64,000 bases of DNA, taken from the NCBI GenBank assembly GCA_013239625.1, contig MU057352.1, positions 30,511,277 to 30,575,276 on the forward strand. Reading direction: 5' to 3'. Shown here one piece after another: positions 36,896 to 50,159 of this stretch. This DNA comes from Lama guanicoe. Lineage: Eukaryota. The notes beneath the pieces were generated by a model. The model saw only the letters and a program-made list of their open reading frames with translations, ran no database searches and was not told the DNA's origin. A program made the translations under genes and the position numbers. Every line of letters starts with the position of its first letter. Position 1 is the first letter of the stretch.

Positions 36896-37699
36896 ACTGG
36901 AAGGCACATGACGGATGCTGTCCTGTTCATCTTTTCCTCGGATCTGATTACTCTCAGGACTGAGGAACGATGCGGGAACCTACTTTCAGAATGTTAGTTA
37001 GCTCCCTTCCTGTCAGAGCACGACAAGCCCCTCTCGAAGGCCGTCCATTCCTCAGCAGTTAGTCTCATGACCTTCCACTCCTGAGTCTCTGACGATGCTG
37101 TCCCTTTGTCCTCTCCTGCCAGGTCCTCCAGGACTAATTCTCTGCGGCTTCTGTCATGGCTCCTTTCTGAAGAGAAACAGCTGCCCTTTAAGGCAGTGTC
37201 TCTGGGATGGCACGGATTTTCAGTCAGTCTGGAATTACAGTAGTCATAGCCGAGCTCAGGAGGCTGAGTCTGGCCGCAGTCCTTAAAGGCAGAAGCTGTG
37301 CGTGGAGAGCTATTCAGGAAGCAGTGGAGGACCAAGACAGATGTGCAAGGAGCACATTACGGAGTGCTGTTGGGACCGGTAACTGCGCGAAAGCTGGCCT
37401 ATGACACATTCACTGATGGAGAACACTGACCCTACCGAGAATTCTGACGTTGGGATAGTGGTTCAGAGCTATCTCACGGAGGGGGCGGGGGTGAGAGGGC
37501 CGACACCCTGGGACAGTGCATGACCTTGGGCAAAGAAGTTCTCAGCTGAAGCAACCTCAGAGTAGCAACAGCCCAGGGCTTTTCCTTCAGGTGGTGCGTC
37601 CCTCGGGAAAAGCAGCAGAAGGGGAGCCGCCCTCTGTCCCCGGAGAGGCATGTGGGCGGTGTCTGCCAGTGTCCGCGGCCCCCGACCCGCTCAGATCTA

Positions 37700-38145
37700 C
37701 CTGGTATAATTCCTAGGAGAAGCTCCCATAGGATCCCAGTGGGGTCTTTTCCTGGAAAGAGATAAGGAAGAAGAGAAGAAGGTTGGAGCTTCTCAGGCCA
37801 AAGAGTGAAAATTCTCTGTGGACGGGGCTTTGGAAGAGCTCCAAGCTGTCCCGACCCTTCCAGCGGCTTCCGGGCGGCGGGCCCTCACAGCTACCGCAGC
37901 TGGAAGGCTGTTGTGGTTTTCAGGGCTACCGTGAGGCTGGGGAGGCAGCACGGGCGTGGGGCAAGTTAAAATGCCCTGAAACCGTGTGACAACTGTTTTC
38001 TTCAATAAATGCTTCTCCGACTGTTGCAAGCATTTAGCTAATTTCAAGAATTCTATAAAAGTTTATTGCTGACACATCTCACCGGTGTTCTCGCTGCTTT
38101 TATGGAGTGAATTTTCAGAGGCTGGTCCTCGGCCATTGCAGTTCT
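37700..38145 (-). mobile_element. Probable ancient L1 5' end fragment
   Basis: ttcttcaataaatgcttctc...gttgcaagc...aatttcaagaattctataaaagttt...gtgttctcgctgcttttatggag resembles antisense L1M 5' ends. Confidence 0.4.
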
Positions 38146-38379
38146 TCTCTCTTTAGGCTGGTTTGATCTCAAAACTTCTCATTTTTTAAAATGATACTGG
38201 TATCTGAAGTGCCTGGGCCAGTCATCCATAGATGATCCCACATTATGGACAAAATTTGTACATTATTACTTCAAATGTTATTTTTCACATGAAGTACTGA
38301 TGTTAAATTGCAATTTCTCAGTGTTCTCCAGAGGAGGGAAGATGGGGAGCTGGAGAAATTGAAATTATCAAGAAATTTA

Positions 38380-39600
38380 AAGCAGTGTTAAAAGTTTTTA
38401 GGGAGGAAAATGGCAAATCCTGCCATTTAAAAAATTACCCACAGTTCACATGGGCTCAGCTCACACACAACTTATAATAGGATCACAAAAAAAAATTATA
38501 ATCCATGGCGTTTGCAGTATTATACAGTATATAAAAGGCATATTAACATTGATTTGGGTACTAATAACAAACCAAGTAATGATGTATATAAAGTGGGGTT
38601 TCTATAGAAAGAAATTCACAATTTCTGAAACATACATCAGAGAAAGTTAGTTTGCTGTTAGTGCAAATTTCTAAATTTCACCTTAAAGTGCATATATTTG
38701 AATTTTTGCATGGTTTCTATCAGAATATACCTACAACTCAATCTTGCGTTTTTAGAAATGTCATAGGTATTATGGGAGTGAACCACGAACCGCCATTAAC
38801 TTGTTTAGCACTTTACTATAAAAAGAAATATTTTCCCCAACACTGTTGGCAACATCTGTCAAATGTGACAATTGTTAAAGTGAAATCTCATTTTGCACGT
38901 GTATTACACTGTATATTTTCACTTTCTAATTGTTTAACTTTGTGTTATTTAGTAACTACTTTTATGGAACTCCTAAAAGGCAAGGAGAACTGAACTAGCT
39001 AACCAACCTCCTTCTCTGTCCATTGGGAGGTTTGCCTCTAAAGGCTTACAAACACTTTCCCTTGTTTCTCCTTGTTTCATACTGAGCCCAAAGTTCTATC
39101 TCTTGGCGATTTCTAAGCTTATTGTCATTCTAGCCTGACTGTCTTCTTAAAAAAAAAAATCCCTTTTCCTAAAAGGGAATTTAAAATTTAATTATAAGTT
39201 AAATCATACTTGATATTGAATACCTAATGCTCAATAAGTCAGGGTTTGTTTTGCTCCAGGATACTTGAAAGCCATAAATCAGTGATTTTTCTGAGTAAAC
39301 AGTTAAACTGTAAGATTTATCAAACATTCAACTGGGCCAAGACATAAACATAGGAGACTCCAAAAGAAGCATCTGACAAATTTAGCAAAATGGAAATTTC
39401 TCATCTTCAATTAAGTACCATAATTGATTGTTGAGAAGGCCTCTTTCCAAACAATTACTTTCAAAACTTTGCAAATGCTGAGTGCTAATTTCAACCCAAT
39501 TATCTCTACATATATTTGAGCAAATCAATGTCCAAAATCATTTCTTTAGTAAAAAACTGTTCTTTCCCTATCCCATTTCCGTGCCAAAATTGGGACTCCC
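38380..39600 (-). mobile_element. AT-rich remnant of a putative hAT-superfamily DNA transposon
   Basis: Abrupt AT-rich block; minus-strand frameshifted reading DEKFP/FAKFVRCFFWSLLCLCLGPVE (~39320-39410) resembles the hAT C-terminal dimerisation motif. Confidence 0.35.
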
Positions 39601-39739
39601 CCCACCACCACCACTTTAGAACCTCTGCATTTTTAAAGCCAACAATTTTAGGAACGTATTTGTTTTTGCATGTGCGTGATGGCTATTAAGTTCGTTTCGG
39701 AAAGAATAAAACTCTGGAATCAACCAGAGTTCATTCTGT

Positions 39740-41040
39740 TCCCCCTGTGCCATGGGGTTGGAAGTCTAGGCGGTATGTTCGCCAGACCCTCACCTCTGGG
39801 CTGCTGGCTGTTATTCCCATTCTGCTAATGAGAAGTCCTCATGTAAGCCTGGAAAAGTGAGACAAACAGAACCCATTTCCTCACCCCTAATGCTTGTGTT
39901 TGCCAAATTCAAACTTAGAGCCCCCACAATGCCCTGTTGTCCTGTCTCTGCCTTTGTTCTCTATCAGGCTGTGAGAAGTCCAAGCTCCAGAAGAGGCCAT
40001 GTGCCTCTTCCAGTGGACAGCTGAGCATCTACTGAGCCACTGCCAGCTGCCAACCGTGTGCGTAAGCCACCTTAGCACCCAGCTCAGTGGAGCCTTCAGG
40101 TGACCCCGAACTCTGTGTGATGGTAAATCTTGTGTGTCACCTTGGCTAAGCTGTGGTGCTCAGTTAGTTGTCTGGTCACACACCAGCCTAGATGCTGCCA
40201 TAAAAGCATTTTTTTAGACATAATTTACATTTAAATCAGAAGACTTTGAATAAAGCAGATTATCTTCCTAGTGGGGGTGGGCCTCATTCAATCAGTTGAA
40301 GGCCTTAAGAGCAAAGTTGAGGTCTCCCACAAAGGAAGAGATTCTGCTTCCAGTCTGAGATAACGAAGTTCTGCCTGAGTGGCCAGCCTTTGGACTCAAG
40401 ACTGCAACATCATTACTTGCCTGAATTTCCAGGACGGTGGCCTGCCCTGGAGGGTTTTTTTTTTTTTTTTTAACATGACAACTTGGCTGAGCCACAGCAC
40501 CCAGATATTTGGCCAAGCATTATTCCATAAGTTTGGATATCTTTGTAAGAGTGTTTTTGGATGAGATTAATGTTTACTGCAGTGGACTCTGAGTAAATCA
40601 GATTGCCCTCCATCACGGGGGTGGGTGTCATCTAGTCAGTTGAAGGCCTGAATAGAACAAAAGTCTGAGCTCCTCTGAACAAGAGGGAATTCAGCCAGAA
40701 GACAGGCTTTGGACTTGAACTGCAATGTCAGCTCTTCCCTGGGTCTCCAGCCTGCCAGTCCACCCTGCAGACTTGGGATTTCCCAGCCTTCACAATTTAC
40801 ATAAGCAAATTCCTTGAAATAAATCTCTCACACTTTTTCCTCCCAGTTCTATTTCCCTGGAGAACCATGAGCAGCACACACCCACTAGAACTCAAATACA
40901 AGTACAATCACACAAGCACTCCCAAGAAAGGTCGCCCAGGGGAGTCCAGTCGGCCACGGGGCCGCGAGAGATGGTAGTGAATTGTTCTGAGCCACCAAGA
41001 GTTTGAATGTGTTTGTTGCACAGTAATGGATAACTGGGGT
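39740..41040 (+). mobile_element. MLT1 LTR split by two tandem MLT2 LTRs (~40117-40440 and ~40470-40878)
   Basis: MLT1 text stops at ~40110 and resumes at ~40880. Between them, two MLT2 starts: tgtgatggtaaatcttgtgtgtcaccttggctaag and acaacttggctgagccacagcacccagatatttgg. Confidence 0.75.
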
Positions 41041-43034
41041 GCTAAGCTAAAGGGGGTCTTTTTTTCCACTCAAAACCAAAGGAATCTTCACAAATACATT
41101 GTCTTTCCTCTCTTTTAATTTATAGCTTTTCCTGGGAGGTCCTGACATTTGAGGCTTGTTTCTTATTCTCCAATGTGCTCTAGTAACTCCACTTGATTTG
41201 GGAAATATTTGCTTTTTTTCAGACTAATTATCTCCTTTGACCTTAAGTCTTTCAAATATCTATAAAGAATCCCAGTCCGTGTGGATGAGCAGACAGACAA
41301 AACGCAAGCCCTCAACACTTGGTTCTGCAGTGTTTCCTGCAATAACCATTGGACTCTTCCCAAGGATACACTCTGATTGAAGAATTTTTCACTGTTCTAT
41401 TAGACTGGTCATTTCAGCAGGATCTGGGGAGGAGTCGCAGATACGGGCATAATTAGGTACTCATAGAACTGTGAATATATTGCGGAGCATAGGTACTGAG
41501 CAGATGAATTGGATCATTTATCAATGTCAAGTAGCCCATCATTCCATTTCACACTGGGTCTGAAACCAGTACCTCCACGCCATCTTTCTGTTTGTTTCCA
41601 TTGCCCTAAAACAAACACAGAAGGTTAAAGGCAGGATAGACAATTTGACATGAGTTTCACATTAAGCAGCACGTAGCTGAGATTTTCTGTAGCCCAATTG
41701 GAGAGCTGGGCATTTTTGTTTTTAACAAATGAGTTTAAATTACTTAATCTCTTCCCCAGTATGGGGCTCCTTTGCAATGTCGTGTGGCGCTTTCAGTTCT
41801 GGCTGTTCATATGTGAAGGCAAGATGGGCTCAGTTATGAACAGCCTTAGACGCTTACATCCCAGAGAGTTTTCTCCGAAAAAAAGGCAGGGTAGGAAGTA
41901 GTGGTATAAAAACCGGACAGTATTCAAGCCAGTTAAGTGCTGTAGTTTGGTTCATCGTAGCATCTGGATCGTACTGCCGCGGCAAGGATGCAGTGTGGTC
42001 ATGTGTGTGTGGAAGCCTAAACCCCACATTTACACAAGCTAGCCTGGTAGTTTTGGTACTTGACTTGAGTAACTCTATCCATTGTTCAGAGACTACATGG
42101 TTAGGTGTACTCGTTTAGTAACAGTAACTTGGAATCTAAAAAGTGACGTGGATCACATTGTCCCAAAAGCTTGAAGTCTGAGTCTCATTGTGAAGAGTAG
42201 GAAGAGCGAAATAAATCTTCAGAGGATGCACCTGATAAACGCCCCCACCCTCCCGTTCGCACTGGTTTCAGGACGTACTTGGACAAGCTGTGTAGGAACT
42301 CCATCTGCTGCTCCAACGTATCAGCTTCATTGCCGACAAAGGCGAAGTTGGAGGTGTAACCTCCTGGAAGAGCCAAAGGCCTTGCTAAGCGAGCACCAAG
42401 ATACGCAGTCACACCCACCCCATCCCGGCTGTGCAGGACCCAGCCCTGGCCCTGAGCAGCTAAGGGAGTGGTGTTCCCTCTGGCACAGGAGGAGAGGAAG
42501 GGGCTAGGCGCTCTCAGGTGCTCAAGTTACTCTCTCCCTCTGATACGTAAAACTAATTAACTAATTAATTAATTTTTTAAGAAGGTGGGACAGAGCCGGA
42601 AGTTAACATTAATCAAACTCTGTCCAGTTAGAAAGAAACAACTGGAGTGGAGGAGAAAGAGTCTCCCATAATACTCCTCTTACGGGGAGCAATCAAATGA
42701 CAGCCACTGCAGAACATCGGGAACTCAGCACACTCTGATTTCCTCCCACCTCACCTGCCTCTTCGCAGGCTCCGTCACTGCGCCCTCTTCCTTGACGTGG
42801 CCCTGACAGGTCAGAGTCCCAGGGTCTACTCCTTGGTCCTCTTCTCTGTTCACACCCAGCCGCCTGGTGAGCTCATTTAGGACTTGAAATACAGAAATAG
42901 AAGGAAATCTCTTCATTGAATTTTCTATAACTAATGAAACCTTAATAGCAAAATCTAATTAAAATAGAACCAAAAATAGATTGTATTGTCAATATAAAAT
43001 ACAAATCATGGAACCTACCAGCATTATCAGTCTA

Positions 43035-43396
43035 TCAGTTGCAGGAGATGATACAGGGCAACACAGATCTCGTGCCACCCCTTTTGTCGACTGAATTGCT
43101 CCCAGCAGATGGGCATGCTGGTGGCTGACGATGCTCAGCCGAGCCCCTCCCCGAGCAGTGACCTTGACTGGACAGAGCCTCTCCCCACAAGGTTATGCCC
43201 CCTTCCTGGTGGACGCAGGGATAGAAAGGTCCAGTCACCTGGCCCCAGTTCAAAACTCTGATCCATCATTTCCAGCATCCTTGCGGGGTTAGCAGTTCAA
43301 CTTCCGCTTCTGTCCAATCCTGCTTCCTTCTCTGAGTTGCTGTTGCACATAACTTTCCATCTGAGAACCTGTTTCCATGGAACCCAACCTGCAACA
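43035..43396 (+). mobile_element. LTR16A-like ERVL LTR
   Basis: gctcagccgagcccctcccc...aaggttatgcccccttcctgg...ctgtccaatcctgcttcc...ggaacccaacctgcaaca. Confidence 0.7.
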
Positions 43397-46224
43397 TCAA
43401 TAGACAGTGACCAAGTCAGTTTTAGTCCAAAAATACAAAGAGAATTCAACCTCAGGAAGTCCAGCCTGTGAAGGCAATGAATTATGTGATAAAGGAGGCT
43501 GCAAAATTGTATCAACAGCTACCAAATTGGCATTTGGTGTAATTCAGAGTCAATTCCTTATAAAAACTGTGTGAAATAGGATTAAAGAGAAACTGTGACT
43601 TGTTCTGGATTTTAATGAAAATGCCCTTAGTATTTCCCCATGTGGTGTGTTTGCTATTAGACGTTATAAAGATCACCCACCAAAAACTATTACTTAATAT
43701 TTTCAGATATTAATAAGCATAAGATATACAAAGTAAATGCACAGAACTAGTATTTGCAAGAGACATCTTTACTTACAGATGCTGTGATTGCATAACTAAA
43801 TCTTCTCTCATTTATCGGTGTTAAGTGTAACACAGACATACATTTTTATTCTACTTGTTCTTCCAAGCAGGCTCAGGTTTCCTGATCAAAGGAGCTAATA
43901 TTACTCCTACATGGTGAATATTATGAAAAACGTAGATTTGCATTTAACTAAATCGTGTATGATGAACTTGCATCTCAACATGGTTTTTGTAGTTTTTCAG
44001 CTTGAAGATAATTTCCAAAATATTTAGATAACTCAATTTAGCATCTCCAAGGCTTTAAGCTAATGATACTCACTAGATGCCTAGATAAGTTCTAAGTGAA
44101 ACAGAACTGTTAAACACAGATCAGGAAGCGTGAGTTTAGGCTTGTATGACTTTGCTCCTTATTCTCATGTGCTACGTAGAGACTGTACCTTTGTGTCTGT
44201 TGAGAAGAGGCTCACTTTGCCGCTCGCTGTGTGAGGAACGTGTGTGGCTGTAGAGAGCTGTGTGTTTGCATGAGCTCGGATAGTCAGCTCAGATGCTGGT
44301 GTGTGACCCACAGCTCTCAGCTACGCCCTAGTTGTCTCTGTGAAACAGAACTGACTACTCTGTTTTAAAATAATGTAACTAATGAAACGGTTATAAGCGG
44401 TCAGGCTGTACTTAGGGAGCCACAGCTGCAGAGAAATAATGACTAGGCGCGCACTTCTGTTTTGCAAGGAAAAGAGTCATTTTGCCCTAAAGCAGCGTGT
44501 TGAGGGTTTTTTGCCCTCCAGACCCCTCTATGTTCCTCAGCGTTCCTGCAGACCCCCTACTTAACAGTCCAATCTGAGTTTCCTTTTGAAAACTTCTCGC
44601 AAAGCAAACTTAGGGCCTATATGGTAAGTAAACACTCTTGGTGCTCCCAGGTACGTAATCAGGCCAAACTCGATGAGACCGGCCTTACCTGATGACTGAG
44701 AGCAATTTTAACTTTGAACAGTGAGGGGACAGGGAAAAAATTCATGCTTCAGTGGAAAACTATGGAAGGGCGTATCTGTAGACCTCCATTCTGAGTTTGA
44801 TTCTGAGTGTATGGAAGCTCTTTGAAAACTCTGTAAGTTGTAGATAACTGGTAATAGTACAAAATAATTATTTCAAATGTAAATGAGCCCTCCACTTCCC
44901 CACCAAACAGATGAAAATGTTCAGCTCCATTTGCACATCCATTTATAGATCAGAAGTACTGAAAGTGCTCTTTGGGTTCTCCTTTGAACTGGTTGCACCA
45001 CCTCAGTTTTCTCATTATGCAACCAAATAGTTAATGTTTCATCTTTATGTGTATGAAAGTCATGACTTTGCCTTTTTTTTTTTTTGAAAATTCTTTCAAC
45101 ACTATTCTGCTGTACTGACTTGTGCACCTTGGAGAGATCGTCCTGCGATAAAGGCTGCATTTCAAATCAGTGGGAAAATAACTGTCCAGTTTGTGAATGT
45201 TGCTGGTATAGCTGGCTCCCCACCTGGACGAAAGCAAAGCCAGACCCCCTAAATTATACCATATACAAAAATGCACGCCAGGCGGGTTAAAAATTGCAAT
45301 GTACGTGTTGGGGGTGGGGGAGGACTGTGAAAAGGTAACAATTTAAGTGTAATAACAAAAGTGCTTAATACAACTCCTAAAACAACACTTAGGAAGAATG
45401 TAATAAGCGTGGTGCGCTGGAGACCTTCCTGAGCGGGACAGAAGAGTGTGCTGCCTGAATATTAAAAACGCCAACTTTCATCTTTCGCTTGAGTCACATA
45501 AGACTCCTACCTATTAAATCTGTGTAATAAGGACAAACGTTTCCTCAGGCTGCTGTTTCTTTTGACTTCAAAGTTTAAAATTTTGAGTGACGACAAGCAC
45601 TAGATAGTCAAACTTCTAATTGTCCAGCTTCTGGGTTTCCTGTGTTCCTTAGGAAGTTTTTATGTTATTTTATATTTTTATACAGTTATAGTGCTTTACC
45701 AAAGTTACTATTTTTCTGTCAGTATGTGGACAGAGCTCTTCATAGGTTTATGAATAGAAAACACAGCTGGGCCATTGTACACCAGCGCATACCGGGCGAC
45801 TTTTTCTAGGGTAGGATTGTGGGTGATTTTATTCTCTTGGGTTCTGTCTACTTATCCTCATTAAACAAGCAATCTATGTTCACTGTTAGAAAATTAAACT
45901 TTTGTAGTTTTCTTTTTTAAGAAAATCTAAAATACCTTAACCCTAGAAGCCTATGTAAGAAACTGGCTACATTGGTTGTCTGTGCAGCTGGGGGTGGGGT
46001 ACATGGGGGGTCAGGATGGGAGAGAGATGTTTTACTGAATCTTCCTTTGTACCTTTCAGATTTTGAATCACGTGAATGAACTGTCCATTCAGAAATTAAA
46101 ACTGATCCCCCGCCTCTGGGCACCGAGCTGCCGGCTGTTGCATTCCCCCAGAAGCTCCTTCCCAGCAGACTGTCAGCACAGCCCACCCCACAGCTTTGCA
46201 CACAGGCCGAGTGGCCTGCGTCCA

Positions 46225-46450
46225 GGGTGTGGACAGCAAAGTCCTGGGCTTTGGAGTTAAACCAACCTCAATTTGAATCCAGGCCCCAAGCCCTTAGGGA
46301 CAGGGCCCCAGGAGGAACTTGCTTCCCTCCCTGCTCATTTCCGCATCTCCAGAGTGAAGGTATTAATTTCAACAAGCCCTCTGAGTCTGGAAGTAAGACA
46401 CTGAATGTGAAGTGCCTCACACATACTAGCTGCTCAATAAACAGCAACTA
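46225..46450 (+). mobile_element. MIR SINE
   Basis: gggctttggagttaaaccaacctcaatttgaatcc...tgtgaagtgcctcacacatactagctgctcaataaa. Confidence 0.7.
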
Positions 46451-46482
46451 GGATTAGCTTTGCTGATCAGGGATCTTCCAGA

Positions 46483-46705
46483 GCAGGGTTCACGCTTGCA
46501 TTACTGGCATTTAGACGAGAATTCCTTTCTGGGTGGGGAGGAGGGCTCCGTCCTGCACACTGTGGGATGCTCCGCAGCACCCCTTGCCTCCACTCACTAG
46601 AAGCCAGGAGCATCTCCCCCCCCCCCCCCCCAGGATCTGTGGCAACCAAGCTTGGCCAAATATCCCTTGAAGGCTAAATTAGACCCAATTGAGAAACACT
46701 GATCT
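46483..46705. mobile_element. MER20 hAT DNA transposon
   Basis: tcctgcacactgtgggatgctccgcagcaccccttgcctccactcactagaagccagg...ttgagaaacactgatcta. Confidence 0.8.
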
Positions 46706-47147
46706 AGAGTGTCCAGGAAAGTCCTTAATTAAGTTGACCGGTACTAAATTCTCATGCACAGGCTGGCTCCTTCTCAGCTTTGAGAAGCCTGGCCTTGCAT
46801 TCCAGGGATGGGGGAACAAATGCCTCTGGCTGGAGACAAGGATGATTGTTCACTGTGGTCCAGGCACAGGGCTGGGCCCTTCCTCTACACCTGCCTCATG
46901 AGGTTACTGTGAGAGTAATTCCCCCCATTTTCCTGTGACTGGGCCAGGCTCCTGGACCATGAAGGGGGCCTGGGGATGGAGTCCAGGCCTGCCTTCCCAG
47001 CCCACACTCCTGCATCATCACTTGTACTGGCTCAGATCCGCGTGTCATCTGCCTCGGCTTTCCAGGGTTTCTGAGAACATGTTGAGAGGAGAGCAAATGC
47101 TTATGTTTAGAGCTTAAAAGAATAATAATAACCCCTCGTTTTCACCC

Positions 47148-47174
47148 TTGCCATCTAGTGGCCAGATAGTACAG
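47148..47174 (-). promoter_or_regulatory. CTCF binding site (core plus upstream motif)
   Basis: Minus strand CTGTACTAtcTGGCCACTAGATGGCAA: near-perfect core CCASYAGRKGGCA plus an upstream (ZF9-11-type) module. Confidence 0.7.
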
Positions 47175-48799
47175 CCCTGACTTCCCCGGGGAACTGAGGA
47201 ATGGGTGAACGTCCCTGGGACAGATTTAGGTTGTAATGGGCCCTGGATGTGCCGGATGGAGGCTGCCTCACCTCATGGGTCACAGGGGCTTCCCATGCCT
47301 ACTGGCTGCCTCTGCCGTTTTCACCATCCTCCAGGCCTGAGGCGTGCCTGGGCGTCCAGGAATTGGGGCTACACTTGGCCTACTCAGGGAAGCTGACTCC
47401 TCCCTCCGTGCAAGTTTATGCCTTCACGTGGCTGAGCAGCCTTCTCTGGCTTCAGGAAAAGCAGAGGGTCAACTTACCTGAGGCTGATGGGGACAAGGCT
47501 TGGAGCTGTCCAGCACTGCTGTGCTGAAAGAATGTGTCCCTTGGGATCACCAGTGTGGCTGCGGACGTCACCTAGTCCAAGCCCCACTGTCGTCTACGGA
47601 GCACTTAAGATGGGGTCTTGCTGGCTCTCCGGGCCCTTCCCCCTCCTGCCTCGTCCTCTCTCCAGCTACCCTCAGCCTGCTGGTGGCTGCTCCAGACACC
47701 CTCCATGTGTTTGCTCACACTCTTCCCTCTGCCCAGACAGCCCCACCCAGCCCCTTCTCTCTACATGCCTCTCGTTCATCCTGCAAGTAGCAGCTCATCT
47801 ATCTGACCCTTAGTTTCCTTGTCAGTAAAGTGGTGGGAGTCAGTGATTGGAGTGGGTGTCGTTTTTATTGTGAGAACTGTGGAGATGATACACGTGTAAA
47901 ATGGAGATGACAGATGGAAATATACACTATGGACTTAAGGTACCTGGCACACAGTACATTTGGCCATTGGAAATTATTACCATGACGACTGATTCCTTGA
48001 GGCCCTTCCCATCCCGGGCTGTGCCTCACTTCCTTGGCAGGACTCCAAGAAAGTCTCTTCTTGGCTATTATTTCCAGGGCCTCCATGAAAGTTGTCTTGA
48101 ACTTGGGTGTTGATCAGCCTGTGGGGAAAGACTAGCACTATGACGCAGCATCACCAGACAAGAATACCCACCTCACCTTCATTGAAAGGCTTTTAAGCCT
48201 TTGCACTGTGCTGTCCCAGCCTTGAAAGTGTGAACATGCGGGGCTTTAGGGACCCTCCCCCTCCCCCTCAGATGGGCAATGAGGGAAGAAAGGATCAGGA
48301 AGCTAGCTCCTAGTGCCTCCTCTCTCCCCCATCCCTGTGAGCCATGGAGACGCAGCCCCAGCTCTCCCTTCAAGAAAGAACTAGCCATTCAGCTATAAAC
48401 AGAGCTGATCCCTGGAAGCTTCCAGCTTGGTGTTTCAGAACCCATCTCAGCGTTCGATCTGTGGCTACCCTCTGCCCGGGCAGCCACTGGGACTGAACAA
48501 CGTGGGAGGTACTAGGGCTCGGCATGTCTGTCCAACACGGACTCCTCCGAGACTGGAAATTCATTCACCGGAGTGAGTAAAGCAGAATCTCTGATCTGGG
48601 GGGCGCGTTAACACCGAGGGGAAGAAGTGCTGGTGGAGAACTAGGGCAACGCATGGGCACATGCACACTGAACAGCGAGGCGTTCAGCTCCTCTCCGAGC
48701 CGCCGGCGGCCCCACGTCAGCCCCTCCGAGGAGCTGGGAAGGGTACTCTCTGGGAACTTTGACCGACCTCAGGGATTCCTCCCCGAGAAGGCCCTGCTA

Positions 48800-49800
48800 G
48801 ATCATCCTACATTGAAGTTCACGGTCAGCGAGTTCCACCCTGTGCTCAGAGACCCCGTAAAAACATTGTCCCCCAGTCTTAAACATAAGCCCACACCAAA
48901 GATTACCAGAAACCTGAGGAAAATTTTTTTCTCCTGCTTATTTTGGTCTCTGCTTTTTTGTCAGACAAAGTTGAAACAATTGTGACAAAGCAAGAAAGAA
49001 TGTGTGTGTGGGGAACATTACTGTCCTCAGAGACACTGTTGACATGAAACAGAATGTAATTTTTTAAGGGAGAATGTGTTACAGAACAAAAGAACTTTGG
49101 GAATTTGAAAATAAAGGTAGACATGAAAACCTCAATAGGATGCTGCAGAACAATTTTTGAGGAAATCTCCAGGAAATAAGCAAAAAACAAAGAGATGACT
49201 AATAGAAGGCAAAACGAGAATATTAAAAGACCATCCTGGGAGATACCAGATGTGAACTTCCAGAAAGGAAAACCAGAGAAGAAATCATTAATGAAAGCTT
49301 TTAAAAATGTTTTCTCAGAAATGAAGGACATGACTTTCGAGACTGAAAGAGCTGTCCAAGTTCCCTGCATACCAATTGCTACACATTACCATGAGATTAA
49401 AGAGCCATAGAGCTGGAAAAGGAGATTATACTTCCAGAAGAAAGGAACAGATATACAAATGGCTTTAGACTTCCCAACAGCAACACTAGGAGGCAGCCCT
49501 CTAGAGCTACACTTCTAAGAATTTGAAGATAAATAACTTCTCAACCAAAATTCTATTCCTAGTCAAACAATTACAATGGTAAAATAAAGACAAATTTTGT
49601 TTTACAGAGCAATTTTTCCAGGACTTTTCCCTCCATGTAGCCATTTTTCAGAAAGCTCCTGGAGGGTATGCTCCAACAAAGCAATGGAGTACATAGAGAA
49701 AGTGGGACACAGAGACAAACACACACAAGAAAGGAAAGACCCAGCATGACTGCCATGTACCAAACACTCTGGACCGGAGAAGAATAAAGAGTTACCAAGA
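48800..49800 (+). mobile_element. HAL1 / L1M ORF1-like LINE remnant
   Basis: KNVFSEMKDMTFETERAVQVP (~ENFPELKDMSFQIERAHQVP); gacttcccaacagcaacact...aaaattctattcctagtcaaac...ctggagggtatgctcc. Confidence 0.75.
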
Positions 49801-50159
49801 GATCTGCTGCCATCATTAGTAAGACCCAGGATGCAGTGTGAAAGTGTTTCTACACCACATCATCACATACGACGGTTTTGCTTGGCATAGAATTCTAGAC
49901 TGTAAGTCATTTTCCTTCAGAATTTTACAACGACAACTTCAGAGCAAGTACAGCTTACATTTAAATGTTACAGGCACTACTGTGCAAATACTTGCTGACT
50001 CTTTTCTTTCTTTCTAAATTAAAACTAACGGCTGGCTAATCCAGTGCTTTGCTTTTTCAAAGCATGTGTGTGAACACCTTCAATACACAAGTTATCTTCC
50101 AAAGGTATCCTCATTAACTGACAGGTGAATTTTGTGGTCTGTGGGTTCAACCAAATGTT

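Noticed and set aside
44100-45900. Cluster of MYB (YAACNG) motifs as an A-MYB promoter
   Set aside because: About seven hits in 1.8 kb is roughly the chance expectation for this short motif on both strands.
48903-49370. 155-aa Phe-rich membrane-protein-like ORF
   Set aside because: It is the antisense reading of the A-rich HAL1/L1 ORF1 remnant.
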